Shown here one piece after another: positions 10,480-21,349 of a stretch of 64,000 nt of DNA. How positions within the stretch are numbered: position 1 is the first letter of the stretch; each line of letters opens with the position of its first letter. The DNA is from Candidatus Bathyarchaeota archaeon (lineage in GTDB: Archaea > Thermoproteota > Bathyarchaeia > Bathyarchaeales > Bathycorpusculaceae). The notes beneath the pieces were generated by a model. It ran no database searches. It worked only from the letters and a program-made list of their open reading frames with translations, and was not told where the DNA came from. Both the position numbers and the translations under genes were made by a program. Location: NCBI GenBank assembly GCA_963833575.1, contig CAWHXY010000008.1:139379-203378 (forward strand), given 5' to 3'.

Positions 10480-11784
10480 ATGTTTGAAGGAGGAACAACT
10501 CGTTTGAAGCTAATTTATGTTGCAATTGACGGCATGGGAGACCTGCCGATCAAATCTTTAAGCAATAAAACACCCCTTGAAGCAGCCGAAACTCCTAACA
10601 TGGACGCTCTTGCAAAAAACGGTAAAATTGGACTGATGTACTCAGTCAAAAAAGGTGTTGCGCCTGAGAGCGATGTTGCAGTCATTTCTCTTTTAGGCTA
10701 TGATCCCTTCAAATATAGCACTGGCAGAGGCGTCATTGAGGCAGCTGGCGCAGGGTTGAAAATGAAAGATGGCGATTTAGCGTTACGATGCAATTTTGCA
10801 ACTTTAGGTCAAGGAAAAAATATTATTGACCGTCGAGTGGCAAGAAGTTTAACCACTGAAGAAGCAATCGAACTAAGCAAAGCTGCTAACGAAGAAGTTA
10901 AGCTTGAATCTTACCCGGCTACGTTTGAGTTTCGACCCACATTAGGGCATCGGGCAGTTCTGCTAATAAGGAGCAAAGGGAAACCTCTTTCAAGTAATAT
11001 CACAAACAGCGACCCTGCCTACATAGTGGTTAATGGTTTAGGCGTGGCTCTCTCGAAGGTTGATATGGTGCTGAAAACCTGTGAACCCACTGATAACACG
11101 GAAGCGGCCAAAGTCTCCGCTGCCTTGGTAAACGAATTCATCGATAAAACCCATAAGCTATGGGATGCTCACCCGATAAACTTGAAGCGGGCTACTGAAG
11201 GCAAGCTGAAAGCCAACGTCGTTCTAACCAGAGATGCAGGGCATCTTCTTCCAAAATTCTTCAATATAAACGAAAGGTATCATGTTAATTTTGCCTGTTT
11301 GGCGGATATGCATGCCGAACGAGGCATAGCTCAGCTAGCGGGAATGGACGCCATGCTTTTGCCTCCGCCTTCAGGCAACCTACAAAAAGACTGCGAAATA
11401 AGAGTCAAAGCCTTACTAGACATTCTGCCCAAACACGATTGTTTTTATATTCATCTTAAAGGTCCAGATGAACCTGGTCATGACGGCAACTGTGTCTTGA
11501 AAACACAAATTATTTCGGCGATCGATAAGTACTTTTTTGGGCCATTGCTAAATCAAATTTCGCTAAAAGAAAACCTTATCTGCATAACCACTGACCACGC
11601 CACGCCATGCGCACTAAAAGTACACAGTGATACTCCAGTTCCAGTGCTGATTTCAGGTGACAAGATAGAAGGCGGCAATAAAGCAGTAAAGTTCTGTGAG
11701 AAAGAATGTGCAAGAGGAAGTCTAGGCACAATAGATCGCGGTTGCGAATTGATGCCAAAACTCATGGACATAATAAAAAAATAA
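10480..11784 (+). CDS. apgM: 2,3-bisphosphoglycerate-independent phosphoglycerate mutase (archaeal)
   Basis: IDGMGD, TPLEAA, PESD, DEPGHDG, TDHATP; start may be TTG at 10504. Confidence 0.92.
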   Translation: MFEGGTTRLKLIYVAIDGMGDLPIKSLSNKTPLEAAETPNMDALAKNGKIGLMYSVKKGVAPESDVAVISLLGYDPFKYSTGRGVIEAAGAGLKMKDGDLALRCNFATLGQGKNIIDRRVARSLTTEEAIELSKAANEEVKLESYPATFEFRPTLGHRAVLLIRSKGKPLSSNITNSDPAYIVVNGLGVALSKVDMVLKTCEPTDNTEAAKVSAALVNEFIDKTHKLWDAHPINLKRATEGKLKANVVLTRDAGHLLPKFFNINERYHVNFACLADMHAERGIAQLAGMDAMLLPPPSGNLQKDCEIRVKALLDILPKHDCFYIHLKGPDEPGHDGNCVLKTQIISAIDKYFFGPLLNQISLKENLICITTDHATPCALKVHSDTPVPVLISGDKIEGGNKAVKFCEKECARGSLGTIDRGCELMPKLMDIIKK

Positions 11785-11820
11785 TAAATTTAATGTCCCT
11801 CAAAAAGGATGTAAGGAAAA

Positions 11821-12156
11821 ATGGCTTACTTAAAAGAAGAAAAAGAAAACATCGAAGTTTTGTATCCGCTTAATGTGATTTGGGAAGCTATACCGAAAGT
11901 TATTGAGAAGCTTGATTGGAAAATAATGGAAAAAGACGAATCTTTACATCATCTTAAAGTTAAAACTAAAGGTGCGTTCATATCCTACCCGTCAACCCTC
12001 AAAATTGACTTGTCGATAATAGATGAGAAAACAACTAAAATGTCAGTTGTGGCTGAGACTCCTGTGACCACAATTACTTCCGTGGCAGATTATGGCAGGA
12101 CCAGAGAACGCATCGACCAGTTTATTACAACCCTTGCAAAGCTAACAGGCAGTTAA
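11821..12156 (+). CDS. hypothetical protein
   Basis: 111-aa ORF following apgM. Confidence 0.7.
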   Translation: MAYLKEEKENIEVLYPLNVIWEAIPKVIEKLDWKIMEKDESLHHLKVKTKGAFISYPSTLKIDLSIIDEKTTKMSVVAETPVTTITSVADYGRTRERIDQFITTLAKLTGS

Positions 12157-12164
12157 ACCTTTTT

Positions 12165-13133
12165 TTACTCGAGTATTTGGGACCGCTTGAAGGCATACCA
12201 TGCAATTACTAGGAAAACAACGATGTACGCAAATGCCACTCCTATTGAGCGTAAAGCAATCAAACCGATAGATTCACTATAGAGAAGTGTTGGTGGCTGT
12301 ATTGGGTTACTTAAAACGTTTGTATAAGTAAATAGGACTGGAGCGTTCGGGAAAAGAATTGATTTAACCATATTTGAGCCGATGCTGTCTGTTCCACTCG
12401 AAGTTGACGTCACGGTGTTTATTGTACGATTTGCTATGGTAGTACTTTGACCAGCAGTAACATTCAAAGTTCCCGATGGTCCAGCGCCAGGAAGATAGTT
12501 TAACCCGCCTACAACTCCAGCGTTGCTAGAGAAACTTGCAACTACGCTTACACCTAAAAATAACGCAATAAACAAGCCCAAAGCAGTCAAAAGTGCAAGT
12601 AACGAACTCTTTGAAATACAGCCAGCAGCCAAAACTATGGCTACCCAAATAAAAGTGCTAACTATATCGCCTACCAAAGCAAGAGGCACAAGATAGAGGC
12701 TGTTTTGTGGTCCATAAACCAAGATGCCCCCAATAGTTGAGTAACTAAAAATCACAACATAAGATGCCAATATGACTATAAACGTTGCGAACAGTTTTCC
12801 TAAGAAAACCATTGTTCGAGATACAGGCTTTGTCAATAAGGAAACGATTGTGCCGCTTTCGTACTCTCCTGAAATACTGTTCATAGCAGTTACAATTCCA
12901 AATAGAAAGAAAGTGAAACTTCCACCACTAAACGTGGCTGCGAAGTAGGGATTGTGCCCAACGTTCAGGAAAGCAGGCAATGCTAAATCTACTGTGGCTA
13001 AGACAAAAGCTATTACAAGTGCTGCAATGAATTTTTTCTTGCGTATGTTCCAAAGCATTTCATATCTTACAATTGCCCAGAAACGAGTAAACCAGCTTGG
13101 ATGAGCTCTAATAGCTTTTGACGTTGTTGTCAT
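12165..13133 (-). CDS. ABC-2 type permease
   Basis: ISGEYESGT..LLTKPVSR..GK; multiple TM; overlaps ATPase gene. Confidence 0.88.
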   Translation of the reverse strand: MTTTSKAIRAHPSWFTRFWAIVRYEMLWNIRKKKFIAALVIAFVLATVDLALPAFLNVGHNPYFAATFSGGSFTFFLFGIVTAMNSISGEYESGTIVSLLTKPVSRTMVFLGKLFATFIVILASYVVIFSYSTIGGILVYGPQNSLYLVPLALVGDIVSTFIWVAIVLAAGCISKSSLLALLTALGLFIALFLGVSVVASFSSNAGVVGGLNYLPGAGPSGTLNVTAGQSTTIANRTINTVTSTSSGTDSIGSNMVKSILFPNAPVLFTYTNVLSNPIQPPTLLYSESIGLIALRSIGVAFAYIVVFLVIAWYAFKRSQILE

Positions 13134-14077
13134 TGGATTTTTCCTCCTTGGTCTTTGGTAATGAGTTGAAGGAATACATCTTCTAAATTGGAGGCTTTTT
13201 GACTCATGCCGACAATTACTCCTCCAGCAGCGGTTACTGTTTTGGAAACTTGTGCTCGCATATCATCGCGAGTATTTACTTGAATAAGCAAGGTTTCACC
13301 ACTTTTCCACGTGCCCGACACAAAAGGCAACTTCTTTACTGCAGCAATAGCCTCATCTGACAAGTTGACTAATTCTATATGAATAATCGGAGATTCTGAA
13401 ATCATGCTTGAAACGTTTTGAAGCGTATCTGATGCCAATACTGAGCCCTTATTAATGATGGTGACATGATCGCAGATTTGCTCAACTTCAAAAAGCAGGT
13501 GTGAAGAGAGAAAAACAGTTATGCCTTCTTTTGAGATTGTTTTAACAAGTTCTCGAACTTCAACCATCCCAACTGGGTCTAAACCAATGCTTGGTTCATC
13601 CAAAACTACAAGTTCTGGATCATTAAGCAGTGCTTGGGCGATGCCGATTCGTTGTTGCATGCCTTTGCTGTATTTTCCTATAAGATCATTTTCTCTGCCT
13701 TTCAAACCAACCATATTTATTAATTTAGGGATTTGTTCTATGCGTTGCTGCGCAGTCATTCCATACATTCTGCCATAAATATCAAGCAACTCGGCACCTT
13801 TGAGGTGCTTTGGGAACTTGGGCAACTCCGACATGTAACCAATGTGTAAACGTGAATCCGCGTCGTCAACATGGACTTCATCCCCTAACACCTTAACGAA
13901 GCCACTGGTGGGTCTAAGTAGGCCTACCAGAATTTTGATTGTAGTTGTTTTTCCTGCTCCGTTTGGACCCAAAAAGCCGTGGATTGTGTTCTTCTGAACT
14001 TTGAGGCTTAATTTGTTCACTGCAGTTAAGGAACCGAAGCATTTTGTTAAGTCGGTTGTTTCTATCGCGTAGTCCAA
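13130..14077 (-). CDS. ABC transporter ATP-binding protein
   Basis: GPNGAGKTT, YSKGM, LDEP, SSH. Confidence 0.95.
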   Translation of the reverse strand: MDYAIETTDLTKCFGSLTAVNKLSLKVQKNTIHGFLGPNGAGKTTTIKILVGLLRPTSGFVKVLGDEVHVDDADSRLHIGYMSELPKFPKHLKGAELLDIYGRMYGMTAQQRIEQIPKLINMVGLKGRENDLIGKYSKGMQQRIGIAQALLNDPELVVLDEPSIGLDPVGMVEVRELVKTISKEGITVFLSSHLLFEVEQICDHVTIINKGSVLASDTLQNVSSMISESPIIHIELVNLSDEAIAAVKKLPFVSGTWKSGETLLIQVNTRDDMRAQVSKTVTAAGGVIVGMSQKASNLEDVFLQLITKDQGGKIQ

Positions 14078-14251
14078 GACAAACGCTTCCGCTTAATACT
14101 TTAATGGGATTTTGATATAAGCTTTGACTTTCATCGTTATCGCTCACCACCCATTTTAGCAACTAAAAACAGTTCACTAGTTTCTATTAACTGTGGAAAG
14201 ATATTTGAGTTCTTCGATTACAGTAACTAATAAAATTTAGCGGTGTAAAGC

Positions 14252-14665
14252 ATGACCAAAAAGCCTCCACAAATCATTTACAAAGGAAGAAGCATTGGCA
14301 TCGTAATTTTAACTGCTGCTCAACTGCTTATAGGAGCCATACATATCTTCTTTGGGTTGCTACTTTTCGCGTTCGAGGTCTCTATTTTGCAAGCTACGCT
14401 AGCTTATGATGTTTACACAGTGTTTTTCGGCTTGTTGACTTTAGTATTTGCAGTATTTATTTGGCAAGGCAAAAAATCAGGATGGATTGGCACCATAGCG
14501 GTTTCCATATTCGTCAGTGTTGCTGATGCTTTAACGCTCCTGAATTTACCAAGCATTCCAGGAATACCAAAATTCGCAGCGCCAACCGAAATAGTGTACA
14601 GCATTATCGTCATGTTTTACTTGCTCAGGAATAATGTTAGAGAAAAGTATTTGGCGCAAAAGTAA
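14252..14665 (+). CDS. 4-TM membrane protein
   Basis: four hydrophobic segments. Confidence 0.75.
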   Translation: MTKKPPQIIYKGRSIGIVILTAAQLLIGAIHIFFGLLLFAFEVSILQATLAYDVYTVFFGLLTLVFAVFIWQGKKSGWIGTIAVSIFVSVADALTLLNLPSIPGIPKFAAPTEIVYSIIVMFYLLRNNVREKYLAQK

Positions 14666-14833
14666 TAATCAGGTCATTTTTATCCATTTGAGAATCTGAA
14701 TGGGATTCTTTTTGGGGTGCCTTCAAAAAAAGTTCCTTAGAGTAACTAAAGAGTAGGCAGCATAGACTTAATGGTCTTAACTTAACAGAACATTTCAATA
14801 TCGCAGTTCAAAAAAAGAAAAAGAGTGGAAGGT

Positions 14834-15214
14834 TTAATCTATTTTCCACTTTTTGGCTACCTTCACTATGAGGAACACGATAAGTGCCACAAAGATGAAG
14901 GTAATTAGCGCCACTAAAAAGTCGCCGATGCCAAACGACTGCTTCGTAACTGAAACTGCATATGTAGCCAAGTTTGACATGCCTGGAATAGCTAAGCCTA
15001 AGAGCGGAATAATGAAGTCTGCGACAACCGCCTTAACCACAGCACCAAGATACAAACCTAAAACGAAAGCAACAGCTAAGCCAAGAACTTTGTACGACGA
15101 TAGAAAGTCTTTGAATTCGTTCCATAAGCCTTTTGGCGGGACTGCCGCTGGAGCCTTTTCTAAGGCAGCGGTGATTTTCTTTAACTCTGCTAAAATTTCA
15201 TCTTCTTTGTCCAT
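14834..15214 (-). CDS. mscL: large-conductance mechanosensitive channel
   Basis: EFKDFL..GLAVAFVLG, V.DFI.P, G.FL.ALI.F. Confidence 0.88.
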   Translation of the reverse strand: MDKEDEILAELKKITAALEKAPAAVPPKGLWNEFKDFLSSYKVLGLAVAFVLGLYLGAVVKAVVADFIIPLLGLAIPGMSNLATYAVSVTKQSFGIGDFLVALITFIFVALIVFLIVKVAKKWKID

Positions 15215-15290
15215 TAAAATACCCTGTGATTATTATGGACTCTGCGTTTTATAAGATTTGGGATTCAACGAATGGGGCTAATAATTGGTG

Positions 15291-15701
15291 TTACCCAGCT
15301 TTTTGTTTGATTGTACTCAAATAAGATGTCAAACTTTCTATACATTGGATTTCTCGACCAACAAAAGCATGTAACTCCTTCCAATATCGCGTGTTTACTT
15401 TAACTTTTACTCTCTCTAAGTTATGTTTCAGTCTCAGAGTGCCTTCTTTGCCTCTTCGGTCGAAATCTAAGAGAAGAATAACTTCATGTGCGCCGAGTTG
15501 CTCTATTTCTTCGGTTGCTTGAAGAAAGGATTTTCCTCCAGTCTTGATCGTCACGATTCTGCCGTTTATTCCTAATTCCTTCAGTGTTTCAGCATCTTTT
15601 TTGCCTTCAACAACAATTGGTTTGCCTTCGGTTGATTCTTCAGTTAATTTGGCTATAATATGCTGAATTTTCTCCTCTTTCTCTTTGAGCCTATCGGACA
15701 A
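15291..15701 (-). CDS. TOPRIM-domain protein (UPF0292-like)
   Basis: IVVEGKKD, LLDFDRRG. Confidence 0.85.
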   Translation of the reverse strand: MSDRLKEKEEKIQHIIAKLTEESTEGKPIVVEGKKDAETLKELGINGRIVTIKTGGKSFLQATEEIEQLGAHEVILLLDFDRRGKEGTLRLKHNLERVKVKVNTRYWKELHAFVGREIQCIESLTSYLSTIKQKAG

Positions 15702-15706
15702 AGGTT

Positions 15707-16795
15707 TTACCTTGTAATTTTAGCCTGCCGCACCGTTTCTAAACAATCTTTAGCTTCACTATTATTTGCAAAATATCGCCTAACAGGCTCCAATATATCT
15801 GCAAGTTCGGTTGCAACGCCATTCTTCAAGTCCATCGGATGAAGTTTACCTTCTGCGTAGACTGATTCGAGCTCTTGGAAGCTTTGAAGCTGTATGGTTC
15901 CTCCAAATTTTGCTGGACGCTCAATTGTGAAGACTGGTTTTTCTCGGAAGATAATGTATTTACAAATGTCAAGTATTGGATTAAATTTGATGGTTTTTTC
16001 CGGACAGAAAGCTTTTGCCATTTTCTGCTTTATTTCTTCAGGAGAATCATAGATGAAAATGCAAGTTTGAGGTTTGCTCTTTGACATTTTGGCTGAAGCT
16101 ACTGCTTCTTTTTCTTGCCCTTCTGGGATTGGCCAAATTTTAGGTTTCTCTAAACCCTGAAGCAAATGGTGGTGAACACATGTGGGTTTCCAGCATCCTA
16201 TTTTTTCACCTATCTCTCTTGCAACCATGTTTGCTTTTCGCTGGTCCATGCCTAACTGGCAAATTTTTACCTTCATATGAAAAATGTCTGCTACCTGCAT
16301 TGGAGTGTAGAGGTAGTCTGAAACGTAATGGGCCTCGGTTTCTTGTCTTCCCGCAATTTCTAATGTTCGGGTAGTCCGGGCTATGGTTAGGTTTTTTGCA
16401 ATGATGACGGTTTTAGCCCAGTAGTCAATGTCTTTGTAGAGTTCATCTGAATAGATAAATTCAACTTTGTCGCCAGGGACCCCAAGAGCCAACCACGAGT
16501 GTCTAAAAAGGTCGGCTGCTTTGCGGATAAGAGGCAGGTCGCCACCAAGTTTGTTATTTAGCCATGCGTGCCATGTTGCCAAAAAAGCTTTGAAATGGAT
16601 GCCTGCCTCAGCGAAGTCTTTCATTTTATACGCACAAATAACGCCAGTTCCCAAATGCGCCAAACCAGAAGGTTCCCAACCATTATAGGCTACGGGATGC
16701 TCTTCTTTTTCAAAAAGGCTACGCAAATCTTCTGGTGTAACAACTTCTTCCGTAGGCGGTCTGCAGATTAATTCAACTTTCTTTTCTATGTCCAA
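15707..16795 (-). CDS. tyrS: tyrosine--tRNA ligase (archaeal)
   Basis: YNGWEPSG.AHLG, YTPMQVADI, GMDQRK, KMSKS. Confidence 0.96.
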   Translation of the reverse strand: MDIEKKVELICRPPTEEVVTPEDLRSLFEKEEHPVAYNGWEPSGLAHLGTGVICAYKMKDFAEAGIHFKAFLATWHAWLNNKLGGDLPLIRKAADLFRHSWLALGVPGDKVEFIYSDELYKDIDYWAKTVIIAKNLTIARTTRTLEIAGRQETEAHYVSDYLYTPMQVADIFHMKVKICQLGMDQRKANMVAREIGEKIGCWKPTCVHHHLLQGLEKPKIWPIPEGQEKEAVASAKMSKSKPQTCIFIYDSPEEIKQKMAKAFCPEKTIKFNPILDICKYIIFREKPVFTIERPAKFGGTIQLQSFQELESVYAEGKLHPMDLKNGVATELADILEPVRRYFANNSEAKDCLETVRQAKITR

Positions 16796-17103
16796 ATTGC
16801 ACGCATCTTCCCTGTGTTTCCTATTTCTAATGTAAGTGTGGAACTTAAAAATTTAGTACATCTTTATGTATTTAGCTTATCTTTGGTTCAAGTTTGCATT
16901 GTTTCCACTAGATAAATAAGAAATGATGGTTGTGGGATATGACAAGAAGAACAACAACAGATGGAATTGCCATTTTTGAACAGTTTGTTTTCGATTGCTT
17001 TTTTGATTTAGGGTTTGACAATGTATTCATTTGTTTTTTAGTTTAAATTAATTCACGTGAAATTTTATGTGTATTCATTAACCCGTGGGAAAAGGTCATT
17101 GAC

Positions 17104-17877
17104 TTAGTTAGTGGTCTTTCGATCCCTAAGCACCACAACAATAAACAAAACTGAAAGAAACAATGGCAAAATTGCTAACAAGGGAATCTCTGGAACGGTA
17201 GGCGTTGGAGTTAAGGTAGCTGTTGGAGTTAAGACAGGTGTTGATGATATTGTTGGGGTTGGATGAGGAGATGCAGTGATTGAAGTAGAAGTTGACCCGT
17301 TGGCTATGGTTATGGTTTGTGTGTTGCTCCAACCGCTTGATTGACCTGTAAAGTCTTCAGCACCATAAAGGGAATAAGGGGAAGGAACCGTTATCCAATA
17401 CCCTATTGTTGCTTCTACTTGAAAGTCCACTTCACCACCAGCAGTAACTTGGGTCCAAATTGGAGCGTATGAACCATTATACAGGGTCACCTCATAGCTG
17501 ATGACCGTGTATTCAGAATTACTCGCAGGAACCCATGTGGAAATTGTATTCCATTCGTTGCCGTTGCTGAAATGTCCTTCTTCCTGAACGTTGTACGTCA
17601 AGCTAAGTGTGGTGCCGTTCTCAAGAGCGTTCGCATTAAAAGCTTGGTTTAGAATCACAATCTGCACCGTGTCGTTGGCATACGTGTGCGTTACGGTCGC
17701 TCCAGTATCTGTATTTGTTGTGTTCACACTGTAAGATGATTAAATGTATGTTACACTAAACTCTGGAGCCGATGGTGTGGGTATCGACTGAGCAAATGCG
17801 GGTTTAACGATTATAAGACTTGAGACAGCTAAGAGAACAATAAGAATTAATGAGAAACTCTTGCTGATACTGCCCAT
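17104..17877 (-). pseudogene. surface protein (signal peptide, P/T-rich linker, PEF-CTERM-like anchor) with in-frame TAA at 17740-17742
   Basis: Frame opens at ATG 17877 (MGSISKSFSLILIVLLAVSS..AQSIPTPSAPEF), one stop, then continues into ORF 17104..17727 ending VPEIP-TM-RDRK. Confidence 0.8.
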
Positions 17878-17976
17878 GTTTAGTATTAGGAAACTGTAGA
17901 CGATAAAAGGCTGCTCGTAAAACTCTCTTGACTGAAATTAGTCAAATTTTCTTGACTTGGAGTGTTTACGATTGGA
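17874..17976 (-). promoter_or_regulatory. ~100-bp promoter/operator module, second copy at 24601-24703
   Basis: Near-identical from ATG through TTTTAT box and TTGACT-N6-AGTCAA palindrome. Confidence 0.8.
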
Positions 17977-18068
17977 GTTGAACTCAAACCCTCCGGCGAT
18001 TTAGATGGGGAATCAGATTGAACCCACACTCCTATGGAGACATCACATGCATTTCCCCTTTTTTTGTT

Positions 18069-18311
18069 CTAAGAAGAGTTCTGTTTTGTTTTTTTGCTTC
18101 TTAGCAGTTTCATATAGAACTTTCCAAATAAAGAGATAACCAAAACAATCCAAACAGAACTGATTCCAAATCTAAACACACCAAATGTGATTATGGAACT
18201 AGACAATAGGAACCCCAAGAATATGTCAAACAAAATAGAACCCAAAACTGCAACTGAAACATACTTTAGAGTACTCAGCATTTTAGAACGGGATGTTACG
18301 GGATTTTCCAT
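18069..18311 (-). CDS. small 2-TM protein ending RSKKTKQNSS
   Basis: two hydrophobic helices; TATA-like box ~36-42 nt upstream. Confidence 0.7.
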   Translation of the reverse strand: MENPVTSRSKMLSTLKYVSVAVLGSILFDIFLGFLLSSSIITFGVFRFGISSVWIVLVISLFGKFYMKLLRSKKTKQNSS

Positions 18312-18537
18312 CGAAACAATCTCTAATACTTACTTCTTTACACCTTGCTTAAAAGATTTTAAAAATCTCTGCTTTTCGCTTTTTGGAATTTTTGAACTTT
18401 TCCCTTTATTGAAGGGCGCCGAGCTGACATTGCTTAAGGATTTTTTCCGTCAAGATGGTAGGAGACTATACGCTCAACCGTGAGAAAAGGTTAGTCTATG
18501 GAGTTGCTGATTTTCTTCATTTTTCCAGCCGCCGATA

Positions 18538-19059
18538 TCACGTTGAAGTGAAAACTGGACGGTTAACATAGCGTAACCGCGAATGCAATGCTTCTACCCA
18601 ATCACTCTTACTTACGTTAAACGCTAGTTGGGCTTTGTGTATTGCTTTGCTTTCACTATCTGTTTCTGTTTCCGATGAGAAAATGAAGTCTGTCAGAAAA
18701 CGTATGTTCGTGGATTCCTTCAGTGCCTCTAATTGTTTTAGCTCTGCAAACGTTAGGTCAAGTTTGAAAACAATTTGGGTTTTCACATTACTTTTAAGGC
18801 TGATGGTTGTTTTCTTAGGAATTAGTTTGCCAAGATATAATTCTCCGTTGTCATTTCCCATGTAATTTATTTTAACGTCAAAATTGCTCAATTTCAGAAT
18901 TTTTTGTGACGTAACAAAAATATTAGACGTTGAGAACTTGCCTTCCAAATAGAAATCAAAAGCGAAATTAAATCCTGTACGAATGGCACCCCAATGTCTA
19001 CTTACAGAAAGAAAAGCAATATCTAGTAATACGTCCGAAATTTCAACATAAGCAGACAT
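18538..19059 (-). CDS. hypothetical protein
   Basis: 173-aa ORF with upstream TATA-like element. Confidence 0.6.
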   Translation of the reverse strand: MSAYVEISDVLLDIAFLSVSRHWGAIRTGFNFAFDFYLEGKFSTSNIFVTSQKILKLSNFDVKINYMGNDNGELYLGKLIPKKTTISLKSNVKTQIVFKLDLTFAELKQLEALKESTNIRFLTDFIFSSETETDSESKAIHKAQLAFNVSKSDWVEALHSRLRYVNRPVFTST

Positions 19060-19163
19060 GAAATTTCATCATTCTAAATAGATTTTGTATTACTTAATAA
19101 TTTTGCTATATATGGGAGGTACATCCAATCGTGGGAAAAGGGTCTGAGAGTAGAATTGGAAAG

Positions 19164-19812
19164 TTAGCTTCCAATATTAAGATTGATGGTTCTGTTGCCT
19201 GCTGGTGTGTAAACGTGGAAGTCGCCAGCGTAATATGTTGCGGGAAATTCGATTCCGTCGTTACCCCAAAAGTAATCTATTGTTACATAGTATGTGTGTT
19301 CATTTTCCAGATTAACAGAATAGACGTTATTGTTATAGGCTGATGGATTTGTTGAAAAAGTAAAAGTGCTTGTGGCATTGGTCTTTTCATCTGCAAATTT
19401 TATTTGGCGAACAATGTTTCCCATTTTATTTACGAATGCCCTGCCAGAAACAATAACTTTAGCACTTAAAACCGAAACAACACAAAGCGTTCTGCATCAA
19501 TCCTCGCCCTGCCGCTGTCACAATGACAGAGTAGTTGCCTGTGGGAGTAGAAGCTGGAGTATTCATAGTTAGAAGGCTCGTAAAGTTGGATGTTCCCACT
19601 TCTGGCTCAAAGATTATGCTTTCATTTGCTTGTGTCATATTACTTAGATTGCTCACTTGACCTGTAAGGTCTGAAATTTGACTATTTAGAGTTGATATTT
19701 TGTTATTATAGTAAACTATCGTTCCAGCAATTGCACTTACAAAAAGTATAACAACTAACAAAAATGAGGCTATTATTTTCTTATTCATTCTTACCGAATA
19801 AATCAATATCAT
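19164..19812 (-). pseudogene. membrane-anchored exported protein, frameshifted near 19485
   Basis: N-terminal TM + coiled coil (19459..19812); shifted frame CVVSVLSAKVIVSGRAFVNK joins ORF 19164..19424. Confidence 0.7.
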
Positions 19813-19990
19813 AAGTGCTTTTAGTTCTACTCATGGAACATACTGTTCCTTTCTTGGAACGCCGACAGGTAATTCAGGGTTGAACTCAAACCCTCCAGCG
19901 ATTTTAATTGGGGACTGGCTTGAACCCTCCAGTCAGTGGAGACATCACTCCGCATTTCCCATTTTTCAGGACCTTTGTTCCAAGATTATG

Positions 19991-20452
19991 TCAAAGTTGC
20001 AGTCTCATGCTGTGTCCGGGTTTGAAACCAAAGGTTTCATACAGCGATTTTCCTGCCTCTGAAGCATCAAGATTTACTCTGTCGTAGCCATGAGCCCTAC
20101 ACCAAGCTATGCCAGTTTCGACAATCAGTCGAGCTACACCTCTTCTCCTAAACTCCTTCTCCGTATACAAAGACATCAAATAAGGCACTTCCAAGAATCT
20201 GCTGATGGGCAAAGGCGGCTGTTCTCTAATCCAAATGCAACCACTACCTGCTACCTCCCCTTCCTCTGTTTTTGCGATGAAACCCACAAGTTTGTCCGAT
20301 GACAACTTTTCCCTAATCCACTCCAGCGTACGCTCTTCTGTTCCGGTCGCGGACATTACCCGTTCCGGATGAATATCACACCACAGACTCAATCTGTGCT
20401 TAACCAGAATCTCAGTATCATCTAGAGTAGCATATTGAATGTTAAATCTCAT
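19991..20452 (-). CDS. GNAT family N-acetyltransferase
   Basis: LYTEKEFRRRGVA, LDASEAGKSLYETFGF. Confidence 0.9.
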   Translation of the reverse strand: MRFNIQYATLDDTEILVKHRLSLWCDIHPERVMSATGTEERTLEWIREKLSSDKLVGFIAKTEEGEVAGSGCIWIREQPPLPISRFLEVPYLMSLYTEKEFRRRGVARLIVETGIAWCRAHGYDRVNLDASEAGKSLYETFGFKPGHSMRLQL

Positions 20453-20726
20453 AGCTAGACTTTTCCCAAATTATTCTTGATGATGAAATGGACAAGTTGA
20501 GTTTAAATCTTGTTCAAAACTGAACTAATGATAGTTCGTTTAGATTCAAGTTTAAATCATTTCAGGGACCAAACAAGAGAAAAACAGGGGTTGATTTGAA
20601 CCCCTAAGAGTGGAGATGTCACTTGCATTTCCCCTTTTTTGTTTAAACAGTTTGGCGCTCCAGTTTTTAAGTAAGGGCATGAATGCGATTTAGTTAGTAA
20701 CTTTCATGTGATTTGTTTACAACCTA

Positions 20727-21005
20727 CTATTTTTTCAATTCAATTAGCATTTTTAACACCAGTTTAAGTGCAGAGTCGTAGCCATCGCAATATTCTTTGC
20801 TCGGGTCTTTATCCGCATAGGTTCGCTCCACAATTTCTTTTCCAATGCCTTCATTAGTTAACTGGATTGAGCCTTCTTTAAGCCATATCAAAGCATCTAC
20901 ATACCCGTGTTCTGAGTCTGAAAGCTCATCTGTCACAGATGATTCTGCCTTCTGCCTGATTATTTCATCAATCTTTCCTTTTAACTCGTTCTCAACCTTG
21001 CTCAC
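20727..21005 (-). CDS. small helical protein with duplicated GY.xAL motif
   Basis: HGYVDALIW / DGYDSALKL; GGTGA SD upstream. Confidence 0.65.
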   Translation of the reverse strand: MSKVENELKGKIDEIIRQKAESSVTDELSDSEHGYVDALIWLKEGSIQLTNEGIGKEIVERTYADKDPSKEYCDGYDSALKLVLKMLIELKK

Positions 21006-21349
21006 TTCTTTTCACCAATTCGATTACCTGTTTGTCATAGAGTTAAATAGCTGCCGGCTAACCCAGCGCGCTTCACTAAACCTTAACAAAAAACGCTTGT
21101 TAGAACCTTGCTCTTTTCTGTCAACTTTCAGCAAACTATGCAAAGCGCTAACTGGCTTTAGACATTTCGTATACTCCCGTTGTATTAACTATAAGAATTA
21201 AGAAAACTACCGTCCGATTCATACGATAGGGTTTGACAATGTATTCGATGAATTTTTAGCTTAAATTCTTCTATGAATTCAATGAAAAATAAATCGGTAA
21301 GCTTAGGTTTGATTTGAACTCCTAAGGACAAGTAGAGATTAACCTTCCT

